Source: Candidatus Omnitrophota bacterium (GTDB lineage: Bacteria > Omnitrophota > Gorgyraeia > Gygaellales > Profunditerraquicolaceae). From it: DNA of 64,000 nt. The notes below the pieces were generated by a model. That model was given only the letters and a program-made list of their open reading frames with translations, ran no database searches and was not told the DNA's origin. The stretch spans positions 913-64,912 of the forward strand of contig JAHIOW010000066.1 in the NCBI GenBank assembly GCA_018895075.1. The letters are read 5' to 3'. The position numbers and the translations under genes are program-made. Of the stretch, positions 1 to 9,882 are shown piece by piece (the stretch's first letter is position 1; every line of letters begins with the position of its first letter).

Positions 1-469
1 TTGATTTTTCTAGATACGTCGCTAATCTGTCTAGAACCTCATCGAGCATGCCTGAGGTCTCGCCTGCCCTCACTATATTTATAAAAAGTTCGGAGAAGGC
101 ATTAGGGTGTCTGGCCAGGGCATCGCAGAAACTCATTCCTGCCTCGATATCCTGGCGCAACATTATAACTATACCTTTTAAATTTTTATTCTCAATCTGC
201 TCTCCTAATATCCCTAACGACTGGACCAAAGGGATACCCGCGTCAATCATCGTGGCTAATTGGCGCGAGAAGATAACCAGGTCATCATCTTTTATTTTTT
301 TTGCCTTGGTTTTCGTTTTTAAATCTTTCTCTTTTACTGGCTCAACGGAAATAACCACCAATTCTTTATTATGCAGGGCATTGGCGACCTCAACATCTGA
401 GGCGCCGTCTAACATACCAACTACTGTAAGTCCATCCTTATCTTTGGCGGTATAGCGATAAGTACTCAT
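1..469 (-). CDS. pilC: Type IV pilus platform protein PilC (GspF family), 5' part; runs off the window
   Basis: Own translation from ATG at 469: MSTYRYTAKDKDG...DLVIFSRQLATMIDAGIPLVQSL...RAGETSGMLDEVLDRLATYLEK. Confidence 0.9.
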   Translation of the reverse strand, partial: MSTYRYTAKDKDGLTVVGMLDGASDVEVANALHNKELVVISVEPVKEKDLKTKTKAKKIKDDDLVIFSRQLATMIDAGIPLVQSLGILGEQIENKNLKGIVIMLRQDIEAGMSFCDALARHPNAFSELFINIVRAGETSGMLDEVLDRLATYLEKS

Positions 470-472
470 TCT

Positions 473-1549
473 TTATATTGGTAATTTATCCGCAATCTTT
501 AAGAAAGCATCAACCACTTTTGGGTCAAACTGTTTACCGCTATTTTTTTTAATCTCTGCGATCGCCTCTTCTTTCGGAAGCGGGGTTTTTCTATAAGCAC
601 GCGCTGAGCGCATGGCATCATAGGCATCTGCCAGATTTATTATACGCGCACCCAGAAGAATCTCCTCTCCTCGCAGCCCTTTTGGATAACCCCCACCATC
701 ATAGTGTTCATGGTGTTGTCTCACTAACTCTACCACCGCACCTAAAAAAGTCAGTGGTTCTAAAATCTGTGCAGCAGTTTGGGGGTGAAGTTTTACCTGC
801 TTCCATTCTTCTTCAGTCAGGCTAGAGGGTTTGGAAAGGATACTGTCTTGAATCCCGATTTTACCTAAGTCGTGCAATTCGCAGGCCTCTCTAATCAGCT
901 CAGTCTCATTGGCAGAAAGGCCCAACTCTTGAGCAATGAGCACAGCGCATTTGGCCACGTTTTCAGAATGACTATGGGTGTAATGATCCCGGGCATCTAT
1001 GGCCTGGGCCAATGCCTTAATTGTACGCATATAAGTTGAGCGCAGGTCCTCATAAAGCCGTACGAGATTTTTTGTTGACTCCTCTATTCTTTTGGCCAAT
1101 AGAGTATTCTGCTTTTGTAAATTAACTGACTGCTCTTGAAAACCCTGCATTAATTTACGATGCGCAGCCGTCAAGGAATGCAACTCTACGCCTTTTTTAA
1201 TAAGAAAAAATAACTTTTCTAAGTTAACGGGCTTGACAATAAAATCATAAATTCCCAGTTTGGATATTTCTCTTAATAGGCCGGGGTTGTCATTTTCGAA
1301 AAACGCAATGACCACGCAATCCGGGTCTATCTTTTTTAAGGCCTTGAGGAATCCTGGAGTATCCAACTCCGGTTTACCAAATTTGGCAATAACCACATCA
1401 AAACTATTCTGGCTAAAATCTCCTAAGGCTGCTTGTATATCAGACGCGCAAGAAACCGAGCAATTGCCCTTAATCATTAATTCTTCCATAAAATACCTGG
1501 ATGCTGTATCGTCGTTATCAAACAATAAAATCCTGGGGTTTTCTCTCAT
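473..1549 (-). CDS. Receiver-like domain + coiled coil + HD-GYP c-di-GMP phosphodiesterase
   Basis: LHDLGKIG, HHEHYDGGGYP, ADAYDAM...RAYRK motifs; REC fold with the expected acceptor Asp apparently replaced (VVIAK). Confidence 0.88.
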   Translation of the reverse strand: MRENPRILLFDNDDTASRYFMEELMIKGNCSVSCASDIQAALGDFSQNSFDVVIAKFGKPELDTPGFLKALKKIDPDCVVIAFFENDNPGLLREISKLGIYDFIVKPVNLEKLFFLIKKGVELHSLTAAHRKLMQGFQEQSVNLQKQNTLLAKRIEESTKNLVRLYEDLRSTYMRTIKALAQAIDARDHYTHSHSENVAKCAVLIAQELGLSANETELIREACELHDLGKIGIQDSILSKPSSLTEEEWKQVKLHPQTAAQILEPLTFLGAVVELVRQHHEHYDGGGYPKGLRGEEILLGARIINLADAYDAMRSARAYRKTPLPKEEAIAEIKKNSGKQFDPKVVDAFLKIADKLPI

Positions 1550-1552
1550 AGG

Positions 1553-3271
1553 TTATTCCTCTGTAGTTACTCTGATCGCTTCATCCAGGGTGATGAGTCC
1601 TTCTTTTACTTTTAAAAACGCATTTTCTCTTAATGTCTTCATGCCGCAATCTCCAATAGCATATTGTTTTATCTCATCAATCGATTTTCTTTTTATAATC
1701 ATCTCCCGGATATTATTATCAATCATAACCGTCTCCAGGATAGCTATTCTACCATAAAACTTCGTATTATTGCAATATTTACAGCCTCTGGCAGTATAAA
1801 AAGTTGCTTTTTCTTTAAAGCCGATTTTCTTCAAGAAGTCCTCGGGTATATCTACAGACTCTCTGCATTTAGTACAAATCTTCCGACAGAGTCTCTGGGC
1901 GCAAAGCATAATAAGACTGGATGCAACCAAGAATGGTTCAACCCCCATATCAATAAGACGGGTGATACTGGAAATGGCATCATTGGTATGCAGCGTAGAG
2001 AAAACTAGTTGGCCGGTCAATGATGCCTTTATGGCGATATCCGCGGTCTCGGCATCCCTTATCTCGCCAATCATAATTACATCAGGACTCTGTCTTAATA
2101 GGGCACGCAGCCCTGAAGCAAAATCAATGCCGATCTCAGGCTTTACCTGGATCTGGGTAATCTCTTCAATCTGATATTCTACAGGGTCCTCAATAGTAAT
2201 GATATTTTTATCTGGAGTATTTAACTGGTTTAATATCGAATATAAAGTTGTGGATTTACCTGAACCTGTAGGCCCGGTAACTAAAATCATACCAAAGGGC
2301 TTGGCTATCGCTGCCTTAAATATATCTGTAGGTTGCCCGGAAAAACCCAATTTATCTAAACCCATAGATAAATTGGATTTGTCAAGTATGCGCAGGACAA
2401 ACTTCTGGCCAAACGTCGTGGGCAGGCCTGAGACACGGAAGTCTATCTCTTTACCCTCAAATTTTACCTTAAATCTTCCATCCTGTGCGATACGGTTTTC
2501 AGTAATGTCCAGGTCCGAGATAATCTTAATCCGGGCAAGAATCGCATTCTGGTTTGTCTTAGGAATTTGGAATATATCATGCAGTGAACCATCAATACGA
2601 TATCTTATCCTTAAGGCATCCTGCTCTGGTTCAATATGGATATCAGAGGCCCTCTTCTTTAAGGCCTGAGTTAACATAAGATCCACTAATTTTACAATGG
2701 GTGCCTTCTCGCTCTCTTCTTTGATGGCACTGGTAAGCTCAATCTCTTGCTCCTTAAGTAATTCTATATCTTCTTCTTTCTCTAAATCTGTTTGCCCCGA
2801 AGAAGCCTCTTCTAAAATCTGCTGCATATTTTCAGATTCCCCGTGATATTGTACCTGTATAGCTTGAGATATTTCCTTTTCGGGGCTTAAAACAGTATCA
2901 ATATTACAGCCGGTAAGGAGCCTTAAGTCATCCAAGGCAAAGATATTTAAAGGGTCAGACATAGCCACAGTCATGGTATTACCTATTTGAGACAATGGAA
3001 TAATATTATATTGCCTGGCCATGCGTTCAGGGACGAGTTTAATAATCTCAGTGTCAAACTTATATCTTGCAAGATGCAAGGTAGGCATATAAAGCTGCTC
3101 TGACAAAAGAGAAAGTAAGCCCTCTTCAGAAATAAACCCCTCCTTCACCAATATACTTCTTAAAGGTATCTGCTTTTGTTTCTGTATCTCCAATGCCTTC
3201 TCTAATTGTTCTTGGCTAAGATGTTTACTTTTGACTAATATCTCGACTATATTCTTTTTTAGTGTCTGCAT
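1553..3271 (-). CDS. pilB: PilB/GspE-family pilus assembly ATPase (copy 2)
   Basis: ASDIHIEP, GPTGSGKSTT, TIEDPVE, LRQSPDVIMIGEIRD, STLHTND, tetracysteine motif; MshEN-like N-terminus. Confidence 0.9.
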   Translation of the reverse strand: MQTLKKNIVEILVKSKHLSQEQLEKALEIQKQKQIPLRSILVKEGFISEEGLLSLLSEQLYMPTLHLARYKFDTEIIKLVPERMARQYNIIPLSQIGNTMTVAMSDPLNIFALDDLRLLTGCNIDTVLSPEKEISQAIQVQYHGESENMQQILEEASSGQTDLEKEEDIELLKEQEIELTSAIKEESEKAPIVKLVDLMLTQALKKRASDIHIEPEQDALRIRYRIDGSLHDIFQIPKTNQNAILARIKIISDLDITENRIAQDGRFKVKFEGKEIDFRVSGLPTTFGQKFVLRILDKSNLSMGLDKLGFSGQPTDIFKAAIAKPFGMILVTGPTGSGKSTTLYSILNQLNTPDKNIITIEDPVEYQIEEITQIQVKPEIGIDFASGLRALLRQSPDVIMIGEIRDAETADIAIKASLTGQLVFSTLHTNDAISSITRLIDMGVEPFLVASSLIMLCAQRLCRKICTKCRESVDIPEDFLKKIGFKEKATFYTARGCKYCNNTKFYGRIAILETVMIDNNIREMIIKRKSIDEIKQYAIGDCGMKTLRENAFLKVKEGLITLDEAIRVTTEE

Positions 3272-3277
3272 CGCGTA

Positions 3278-4993
3278 TTATTCATCAGGTGCGGTTACCC
3301 GCAAGACCTCTTCCAGCGCGGTTATGCCCTTTAATGCCATCTCTAACCCCTGTTCTCTGAGCGTCTTCATCCCTTCCTGGCGTGCCTGTTGTTTTATTAA
3401 ATGTTCTTGGGGCTGGCTTAATATCAACTCCCGGATCTTAAGCGTTACCAGGAGAATCTCGGCAATAGGTATCCTTCCGCTATAACCGGTATTAAAACAG
3501 CGCGGGCAACCCTTGCCTTTAAAAAATTTAGGATTCTTACTCGTATCGACGGCCAATTTTAAAGTATCCATGATCTCTTTTTTTATAGGGTGTGGTTCCT
3601 TACAATGAGTGCAGACCTTACGCAGGAGTCTCTGAGTAAGCACACAGACCAAAGATGAATTAATTAAATAGGGTTCAACCCCCATATTAACCAGGCGTAC
3701 AATTGCCCCGCTGGATGTGGTAGTATGTAAAGTAGAAAGAACAAGGTGGCCGGTAAGGGCGCTCTTAATGGCAATATCTACAGTCTCATAGTCGCGTATT
3801 TCACCAATCATAATCACATTAGGATCTTGCCTTAATATGGAGCGCAGGGCAGAGGCAAAAGTCAGGCCTATTTTGGGCCGGGAGGTAACCTGATTTATCC
3901 CTTCCAGCTGATATTCTACAGGGTCCTCAACTGTAACAATATTCTTAGAGGGCGAATCTACAAATTTTAAAATTGAATATAGTGTCGTAGTCTTACCGGA
4001 GCCTGTTGGCCCGCAGACAAGTATCATACCATGCGGAAGCTTGGCTGCTTTTTTCAATTTAGAGATTCCCTCTTCAGCAAAACCTAATTTGTCTATGTCC
4101 AGGAGCGCGCAAGATTTATCCAATATGCGGATAGCTACTTTCTCGCCTAAGCTGGAAGGAAGAATGGATACGCGAAAGTCTACTTCTTTTCCTGACATCC
4201 TGGCCTTAAAGCGGCCATCCTGAGATAATCTGTGCTCGGCAATATTTAAATCTGACATTACCTTGATACGAGAAACAATAGGCGGATGCATATTTTTAGG
4301 AGGCGCTTGTTGCTCTTGCAGAACACCATCGATACGAAAGCGCACTCTCAACTTTTTGTTCAATGGCTCAATAAGTATATCTGAAGACTTCTTATTAATC
4401 CCTTCTTCCAGTATCATATTGGTAATCTTAATTACCGGCGCCTGGCGGCTAATCCGGTTCAGTTCTTGGTCATCAGGCAATACCTGTTGTTCTTCCTTTA
4501 TAAGTTCTATGGAAGAGGAAGCCATCTCTTTAATCAAACCGTCGATGACGCCCGTGGTAGCATCAGGATAGTAGGCCTCTATGGTCTGTAATATATTTTG
4601 GCTGGAGGAGATAATCGGATTTATCTTATAACCCGTAAGGGCCTCTACATGGTCAATGGCAAATATATTCAGAGGGTCTGCCATAGCCATGGCAATAGTA
4701 TCGCCCATCTTGGATATAGGAACTATTTGATAATGGCGGGCAATGTTAACGGGAATAATCTTTATTACCTCCTGGTCTATCTTAAATCGTTTTAAATCAA
4801 TCAAGGGGAAATTCAATGTTTCGCTTAATAATAAAATAAGCTCGTTTTCTTTAATAAAATTTAAATCTACAAGGATATCGGAAAGCCTCCCCCCTTTTTT
4901 CTTCTGCGCCTCTAAGGCCTGATCAAGCTGTTCCTGCGTTATAAGCTTATTATTAATGAGTATTTCGGTCAGGTGCTCTTTTAAGGAAACCAT
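3278..4993 (-). CDS. pilB: PilB/GspE-family pilus assembly ATPase (copy 1)
   Basis: GPTGSGKTTT, TVEDPVE, LRQDPNVIMIGEIRD, STLHT, CxxC...CxxC; MshEN-like N-terminus. Confidence 0.9.
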   Translation of the reverse strand: MVSLKEHLTEILINNKLITQEQLDQALEAQKKKGGRLSDILVDLNFIKENELILLLSETLNFPLIDLKRFKIDQEVIKIIPVNIARHYQIVPISKMGDTIAMAMADPLNIFAIDHVEALTGYKINPIISSSQNILQTIEAYYPDATTGVIDGLIKEMASSSIELIKEEQQVLPDDQELNRISRQAPVIKITNMILEEGINKKSSDILIEPLNKKLRVRFRIDGVLQEQQAPPKNMHPPIVSRIKVMSDLNIAEHRLSQDGRFKARMSGKEVDFRVSILPSSLGEKVAIRILDKSCALLDIDKLGFAEEGISKLKKAAKLPHGMILVCGPTGSGKTTTLYSILKFVDSPSKNIVTVEDPVEYQLEGINQVTSRPKIGLTFASALRSILRQDPNVIMIGEIRDYETVDIAIKSALTGHLVLSTLHTTTSSGAIVRLVNMGVEPYLINSSLVCVLTQRLLRKVCTHCKEPHPIKKEIMDTLKLAVDTSKNPKFFKGKGCPRCFNTGYSGRIPIAEILLVTLKIRELILSQPQEHLIKQQARQEGMKTLREQGLEMALKGITALEEVLRVTAPDE

Positions 4994-4999
4994 TTCTTT

Positions 5000-5449
5000 T
5001 TATTCCTTATCTTTATAATATCTCTCTATAGCCCCTTTGATATCCGAAGACGTAGAAACAAAGATCTGAACCTTGCAATTAGAAACTAATTCCACGTCCT
5101 CGATTGCCTGTTCATTAAGAGGATTGGACATAGCAATACTGAGATTGTCTTGAATCCTATCTATGGGTACAAGCAGATATTGCCGCGCAACCCTTCCGGG
5201 AATAATATTAATAATTTCATCATCAATCTCATAGTTAGACAATGGTAAATATGGAAAACCGTATTGCATGGTTAAGGCCTTGGCAATATCCTCTTCTTTT
5301 ACGAATCCCAAATCTACCAGTATCTCACCGATAAGACCGTCTTTTTCTTCTTGTAGCTTTAAGGCCTTATCCAGTTGTTGCTGGCTAATCATTCCATCAT
5401 CAATGAGTAACTGGCCTAATTGTTTTTTTCTTATCCTTTTAATTGGCAT
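5000..5449 (-). CDS. Stand-alone MshEN (GspE N-terminal) domain protein
   Basis: QLGQLLIDDGMISQQQLDKALKLQ...LIGEILVDLGFV; IAMSNPLN. Start moved to ATG 5449, just after the upstream stop. Confidence 0.82.
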   Translation of the reverse strand: MPIKRIRKKQLGQLLIDDGMISQQQLDKALKLQEEKDGLIGEILVDLGFVKEEDIAKALTMQYGFPYLPLSNYEIDDEIINIIPGRVARQYLLVPIDRIQDNLSIAMSNPLNEQAIEDVELVSNCKVQIFVSTSSDIKGAIERYYKDKE

Positions 5450-5450
5450 C

Positions 5451-6866
5451 TTAAATGACAATGCGATTCTTGCCTTCTTTTTTGGCAAGACTAAGCAATT
5501 CCTTTGCCTTACTGATCAATTCTTCGGCCTCTATGCCATCAAGGGGGTTCTCGCTTACGCCTCCGCTAGCGGTAAGTTTCCTGTCTGCCTCTTGCTCTGA
5601 GCTAAAGGCATACTCTATCTTCTTCCTTATATCATTAGCTATCTTTTGCGCTTTACGTTTATTTTTCTCAGGCAAAACAACAGCAAATTCATCGTCAGCT
5701 ATTCTGGCCACGCGGTCAATCTCAGTAACAGAGTCTCTAATCGAATAGGCAATCTTCTTTAAGGCGTTCTCAGCTTGTAATGAACCGAACTTATTGCGAA
5801 ATCCTCCAAAATTGTCAATACCAAGGAGGATAAATGCGCAAGGCCGCTGAGAGACAATCGCCCTTTTTATCTCTTCTTGTAAACGATTGCGGATAAATAC
5901 CTCATTGTATAAACCTGTAAGTCCGTCTTTTATCTCTAATTTTTCCAGGCGATGCAGCAATCTGTCGTTTTCCTCGGCAATAGCCAGCTGTTTGGCTAAA
6001 ATATCCAGCAATTCTATATCAGCTTTCTTATATGAAAAGAGCTCCCGGCTATTTCCAATACCCAGTATTCCTATTATTTTTCTTCTTAAAAATATCGGTA
6101 AGGCCAGGGTATTCTTTAGGTTAAATTTTTTACGGAAATCTGCGTTTAGGTTTTCGGGTAGCATATTTTCATTATCTAATATGACTGGCCCGCTAGTCTG
6201 AAGGAATTTATTAAATATGCTCTCTTTGCGTTCTATCTTAATTTTTAATACCCGCTCTGAATTTATGCCATCAGCTGCTTTCATATAAAAAGCCTCATTC
6301 CCTTCCTCTATATAAAGAAGATAGGATAGATCGGAATCAGCCAGAAATTTTGATTTTTCCAGAATAAGTTGAAGTATATCTTCTAACTTGGCATCTTGAG
6401 AGATTAAAGAACTTATCTGTAATAATCCGGAAAGCGTAAGGACGTGTCTCTGTATCTTGAGATTTATCTCATTGGTCCTCTCGTTATAACTCTTCAATTC
6501 ATTCATGTTACTGCGAATACCCTGGGTAAGTTTATTTAACGAATCCGCTAATTCACTCACTTCATCCGCGGGAGTTATTTCTAATTTGCGGTTTATATCC
6601 CCGGCGGCAATTAATTTGGCCTCATTACTCACAGAAAGGATACGGTCAAACACTTCCTTTATCAGGAGAAAACCAATTATACTGATAAATATACTTATCA
6701 GAATGGAGAGGACTATGTCTAACTGAAAACCCAGATATGGCAATATATAATTTGCAACAAGGTATATGCATACCAATAAAGGCAGTATAGACATCAGATA
6801 AAAGGATACCTTTAATTTATACTTAAGCCCTTGAGCAGCTAAAGAAATATTTTTATCCTTAGGCAT
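5451..6866 (-). CDS. Membrane HAMP-GAF-GGDEF protein with degenerate active site
   Basis: Two TM helices, HAMP, GAF, DGLTGLYN, GIDNF, ARIADDEF instead of GGDEF, AKKEGKNR. Confidence 0.85.
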   Translation of the reverse strand: MPKDKNISLAAQGLKYKLKVSFYLMSILPLLVCIYLVANYILPYLGFQLDIVLSILISIFISIIGFLLIKEVFDRILSVSNEAKLIAAGDINRKLEITPADEVSELADSLNKLTQGIRSNMNELKSYNERTNEINLKIQRHVLTLSGLLQISSLISQDAKLEDILQLILEKSKFLADSDLSYLLYIEEGNEAFYMKAADGINSERVLKIKIERKESIFNKFLQTSGPVILDNENMLPENLNADFRKKFNLKNTLALPIFLRRKIIGILGIGNSRELFSYKKADIELLDILAKQLAIAEENDRLLHRLEKLEIKDGLTGLYNEVFIRNRLQEEIKRAIVSQRPCAFILLGIDNFGGFRNKFGSLQAENALKKIAYSIRDSVTEIDRVARIADDEFAVVLPEKNKRKAQKIANDIRKKIEYAFSSEQEADRKLTASGGVSENPLDGIEAEELISKAKELLSLAKKEGKNRIVI

Positions 6867-6900
6867 CTTCTCCTCCTTTATTCTTTTAAGTTAACGTTAT

Positions 6901-6929
6901 ATTATACTTCTTATTTTATTCTAAGGCAA
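6901..6929 (-). promoter_or_regulatory. Putative sigma70 promoter of the pilus/c-di-GMP operon
   Basis: TTGCCT-17 nt-TATAAT on the minus strand. Confidence 0.55.
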
Positions 6930-8670
6930 TAGCCAGGTTGGCTTCTCTAATAAGCTCCTCTTTACTTATGCCCATATCTAAAAAGTCCCACGGTAAAACT
7001 TCATCCTTGGACTTTTCTCTTAAATAAAAATTAGGGTTTATACCTGATTCCTTAAAGGCATCAAGCCACTTATCCAGCATAAAATAATTATCCCAGGCAT
7101 CAAATTTTGCGCCTTTACTAAATGCCCTAAGGATAACCTCGCTCAATCTTCTATCTCCCCGGGATAATACCCCTTCCAAAAAACCCATATCAGGATTATG
7201 CAGGCTCAATTTTAGTTTATTATTTCTTATTTTTCTTTTAAGATAACCCTGTTTATATCTTACACTCTCCAAGTCTTGCATCTTAAGCCACTGAAACGGC
7301 GTATGCGGCTTGGGGATTAATGTATTTATGCTGATATTAACCTGTGCGGGCCTCTGGTTGATTTTTTTTCTTAATTCTGATACCTGGTTAGCAAAACCTA
7401 TAATCGCATCCAGGTCTTTCTCTTCTTCTGTGGGCAGGCCAATCATAAAATAGAGTTTTATGCGTTCCCAGCCGCAAAGATATGCCTGTTCTATTGCCCT
7501 GAAGAAATCCTCAAGATTAAAATCTTTGGCCAGAATCCTGCGTAGCCTTTCAGTAGCAGCCTCAGGCGCAAATGTAAAACCTGTCTTTTTAATCGTAGCA
7601 ATTAACGCAGATAGATTTCCTACTGTAGTCTTTGGTTTTATAGAAGGTAAAGATATGCTGATGCCTTTTTCTTTAAATAAACCCACTAATTGCCTTAAGA
7701 GTTCTTCCACATCTCTATAGTCGCTTACTGATAGCCCGCCTAAGGATATCTCTTCGTAACCTGTACGTTTATATACATCCGCGGCCATGTTTATTATATT
7801 TTTTACACCCCTTTGCCTGAAAGGGAAATACTGGAGTCTGGACTGACAGAAGCGGCATCTATTGGGACAACCGCGCATAACCTCTATGCTGATGCGGTCG
7901 TGAACTATCTGAATATAAGGTATCACCCAGTCTAAAGGAAAATATGCGCTGTCTAAATCTTTTACGAAGCGCTTCTTAATTTTGGTGGGGATACCTTTGA
8001 CCTTGGGCCTTAACTCTTCTATTTTTCCTTCATTGTTATATATCGCCTCGTATAATGATGGCGCATATAATCCCTGGACACCGGAAAACATAATTAGTAA
8101 ATCTTGCTTATCTATCTTGCCTGCCTTAAATTGTTTCTTAGACTTTCGATAGATATCAACTATTTCTATAATTGCATCCTCTGCTTCTCCAATAACAAAG
8201 AGGTCAAAGAACTCATGCAGGGGTTCAGGATTCAATACGCAAGGTCCGCCACCGATAACTAAAGGATGGCTTGAGTCGCGCAGGGAAGATTTTAAAGGGA
8301 TCCCGCCTAAATCCAGGATATTTAATACATTAGTGCAGCCTAATTCATAGCCCAGAGAAAATCCAATTATGTCAAACTCCTTAAGCCTCTTTTTAGACTC
8401 CAGAGAAAAGATTTCTATATGCCTGTTGCGCAAGAATCTTTCCAAATCTAAATCTGGAGAAAAAAACCTCTCACAACAGGCATCTTGGATATTATTCAAT
8501 ATGCCATAAAGGATCCTCAGGCCTAAATTGTTCATGCCTATTTCATATAGGTCAGGAAAACACAAGGCAAATTTTATCTGCTCGGGGTTAAAATCCTTCT
8601 TTACCGCATTCCATTCTCCGCCGATATAACGGCCCGGCTTTTTTACCTGTAATAGGATATCGTCTAACAT
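6916..8670 (-). CDS. Radical SAM protein, TIGR03960-like family
   Basis: VKKPGRYIGGEWN, FPDLYEIGM, RGCPNRCRFC, LYFMIGLPTE, PKPHTPFQW; usual position after rodA. Confidence 0.85.
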   Translation of the reverse strand: MLDDILLQVKKPGRYIGGEWNAVKKDFNPEQIKFALCFPDLYEIGMNNLGLRILYGILNNIQDACCERFFSPDLDLERFLRNRHIEIFSLESKKRLKEFDIIGFSLGYELGCTNVLNILDLGGIPLKSSLRDSSHPLVIGGGPCVLNPEPLHEFFDLFVIGEAEDAIIEIVDIYRKSKKQFKAGKIDKQDLLIMFSGVQGLYAPSLYEAIYNNEGKIEELRPKVKGIPTKIKKRFVKDLDSAYFPLDWVIPYIQIVHDRISIEVMRGCPNRCRFCQSRLQYFPFRQRGVKNIINMAADVYKRTGYEEISLGGLSVSDYRDVEELLRQLVGLFKEKGISISLPSIKPKTTVGNLSALIATIKKTGFTFAPEAATERLRRILAKDFNLEDFFRAIEQAYLCGWERIKLYFMIGLPTEEEKDLDAIIGFANQVSELRKKINQRPAQVNISINTLIPKPHTPFQWLKMQDLESVRYKQGYLKRKIRNNKLKLSLHNPDMGFLEGVLSRGDRRLSEVILRAFSKGAKFDAWDNYFMLDKWLDAFKESGINPNFYLREKSKDEVLPWDFLDMGISKEELIREANLAIALE

Positions 8671-8688
8671 AATACAAATACCGAGATT

Positions 8689-8760
8689 AAATTACCAATT
8701 ACCAATTGGAGATTGGTCATTGGTAATTTATTTGACATTGGGAATTGGCAATTGGTCATT
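8689..8760. repeat. Degenerate heptamer array with inverted halves (AATTACC then ATTGGNA/C units)
   Basis: aattaccaattaccaattgg...attggtcattggtaatt...attgggaattggcaattggtcatt. Confidence 0.7.
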
Positions 8761-8766
8761 AAGGTT

Positions 8767-9870
8767 TTAAAATACTGTTCTTGTTCTGTTGATATTCGCC
8801 AATATCCCCAAAGATATAAAAGTTACAAATAGGCATGAACCGCCATAACTGGCCAAAGGCAAAGGCAGGCCTACAACCGGGGCAAGCCCAAAGGTCATGG
8901 CGATATTGATAAAGACCTGAATAACCAACATCAAAGAGATCCCCCAGGCCAATAGTCTACCAAAGTAATCCTGCGTACGCAGGGCAATCTGAATACCTTG
9001 CCTAATTAAAAGATAATATAAAAATAATACTATGATACTCCCTGCCAGGCCCCACTCTTCGGCAAGCGTAGCAAATATAAAGTCAGTATGCGATTCGGGT
9101 AAGAAATGCAGCTGGCTCTGTGTCCCACAAAGCCACCCCTTGCCAAAGATTCCGCCTGAGCCAATGGCAATCTTAGATTGAATTATAGTATAGCCTGCGC
9201 CCAGGGGGTCTATATTAGGATTTAAAAATACTAAGATTCTCTCCTGCTGATAGTCTCTTAAGAAATGCCAGAATACAGGCCCGGAGAATAAGGCAACCAG
9301 CAAAAATATCAGTATGTATCTTAACCTTACCCCCGCAAGATAAAGCATGGCTATAAATATAAAAGATATCAAGACCGCGCTTCCTAAATCTGGCTGTTGT
9401 ATAATCAACCCCATAGGGACAGCTACAAATATAAATGGAAAAAGTAGACCGCGCAATATTCCAAATCTGCTTGCCCTTAGGGAAATATCATCAACTGATT
9501 TCGAACTAAAATATCTTGAGAGAAATATTACAATAATTAATTTTGCCAACTCTGACGGCTGAACATTAAACCAGATAACTCTCAGCCAGCGCTGGGCGCC
9601 TAGACGACTAATCCCCAATACAAATACCAATAATAACAATAATATCATCAAGGCATAGAGGATATATGTAATATCCCAAAGGCGACGATAATTCAAATTA
9701 GACATAATCAGAAAAAAAACCAAGCCTAAGATAACCCATAATATCTGACGTTGATAAATTAGTTCCCAGAATTTACCTTCTTTCTGGTAGGTGCAACTAT
9801 AGATAGAAAGAATGCCGATGGAGGCGATTAAGAGAGCAATTAATAGTATTATAAACTTAGGATTTCGCAT
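8767..9870 (-). CDS. rodA: Rod shape-determining protein RodA
   Basis: GAQRW, QPSE, QPDLG, FLPESHTDFIF, SYGGS; follows mrdA. Confidence 0.95.
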   Translation of the reverse strand: MRNPKFIILLIALLIASIGILSIYSCTYQKEGKFWELIYQRQILWVILGLVFFLIMSNLNYRRLWDITYILYALMILLLLLVFVLGISRLGAQRWLRVIWFNVQPSELAKLIIVIFLSRYFSSKSVDDISLRASRFGILRGLLFPFIFVAVPMGLIIQQPDLGSAVLISFIFIAMLYLAGVRLRYILIFLLVALFSGPVFWHFLRDYQQERILVFLNPNIDPLGAGYTIIQSKIAIGSGGIFGKGWLCGTQSQLHFLPESHTDFIFATLAEEWGLAGSIIVLFLYYLLIRQGIQIALRTQDYFGRLLAWGISLMLVIQVFINIAMTFGLAPVVGLPLPLASYGGSCLFVTFISLGILANINRTRTVF

Positions 9871-9882
9871 CTTTTGACTTTG

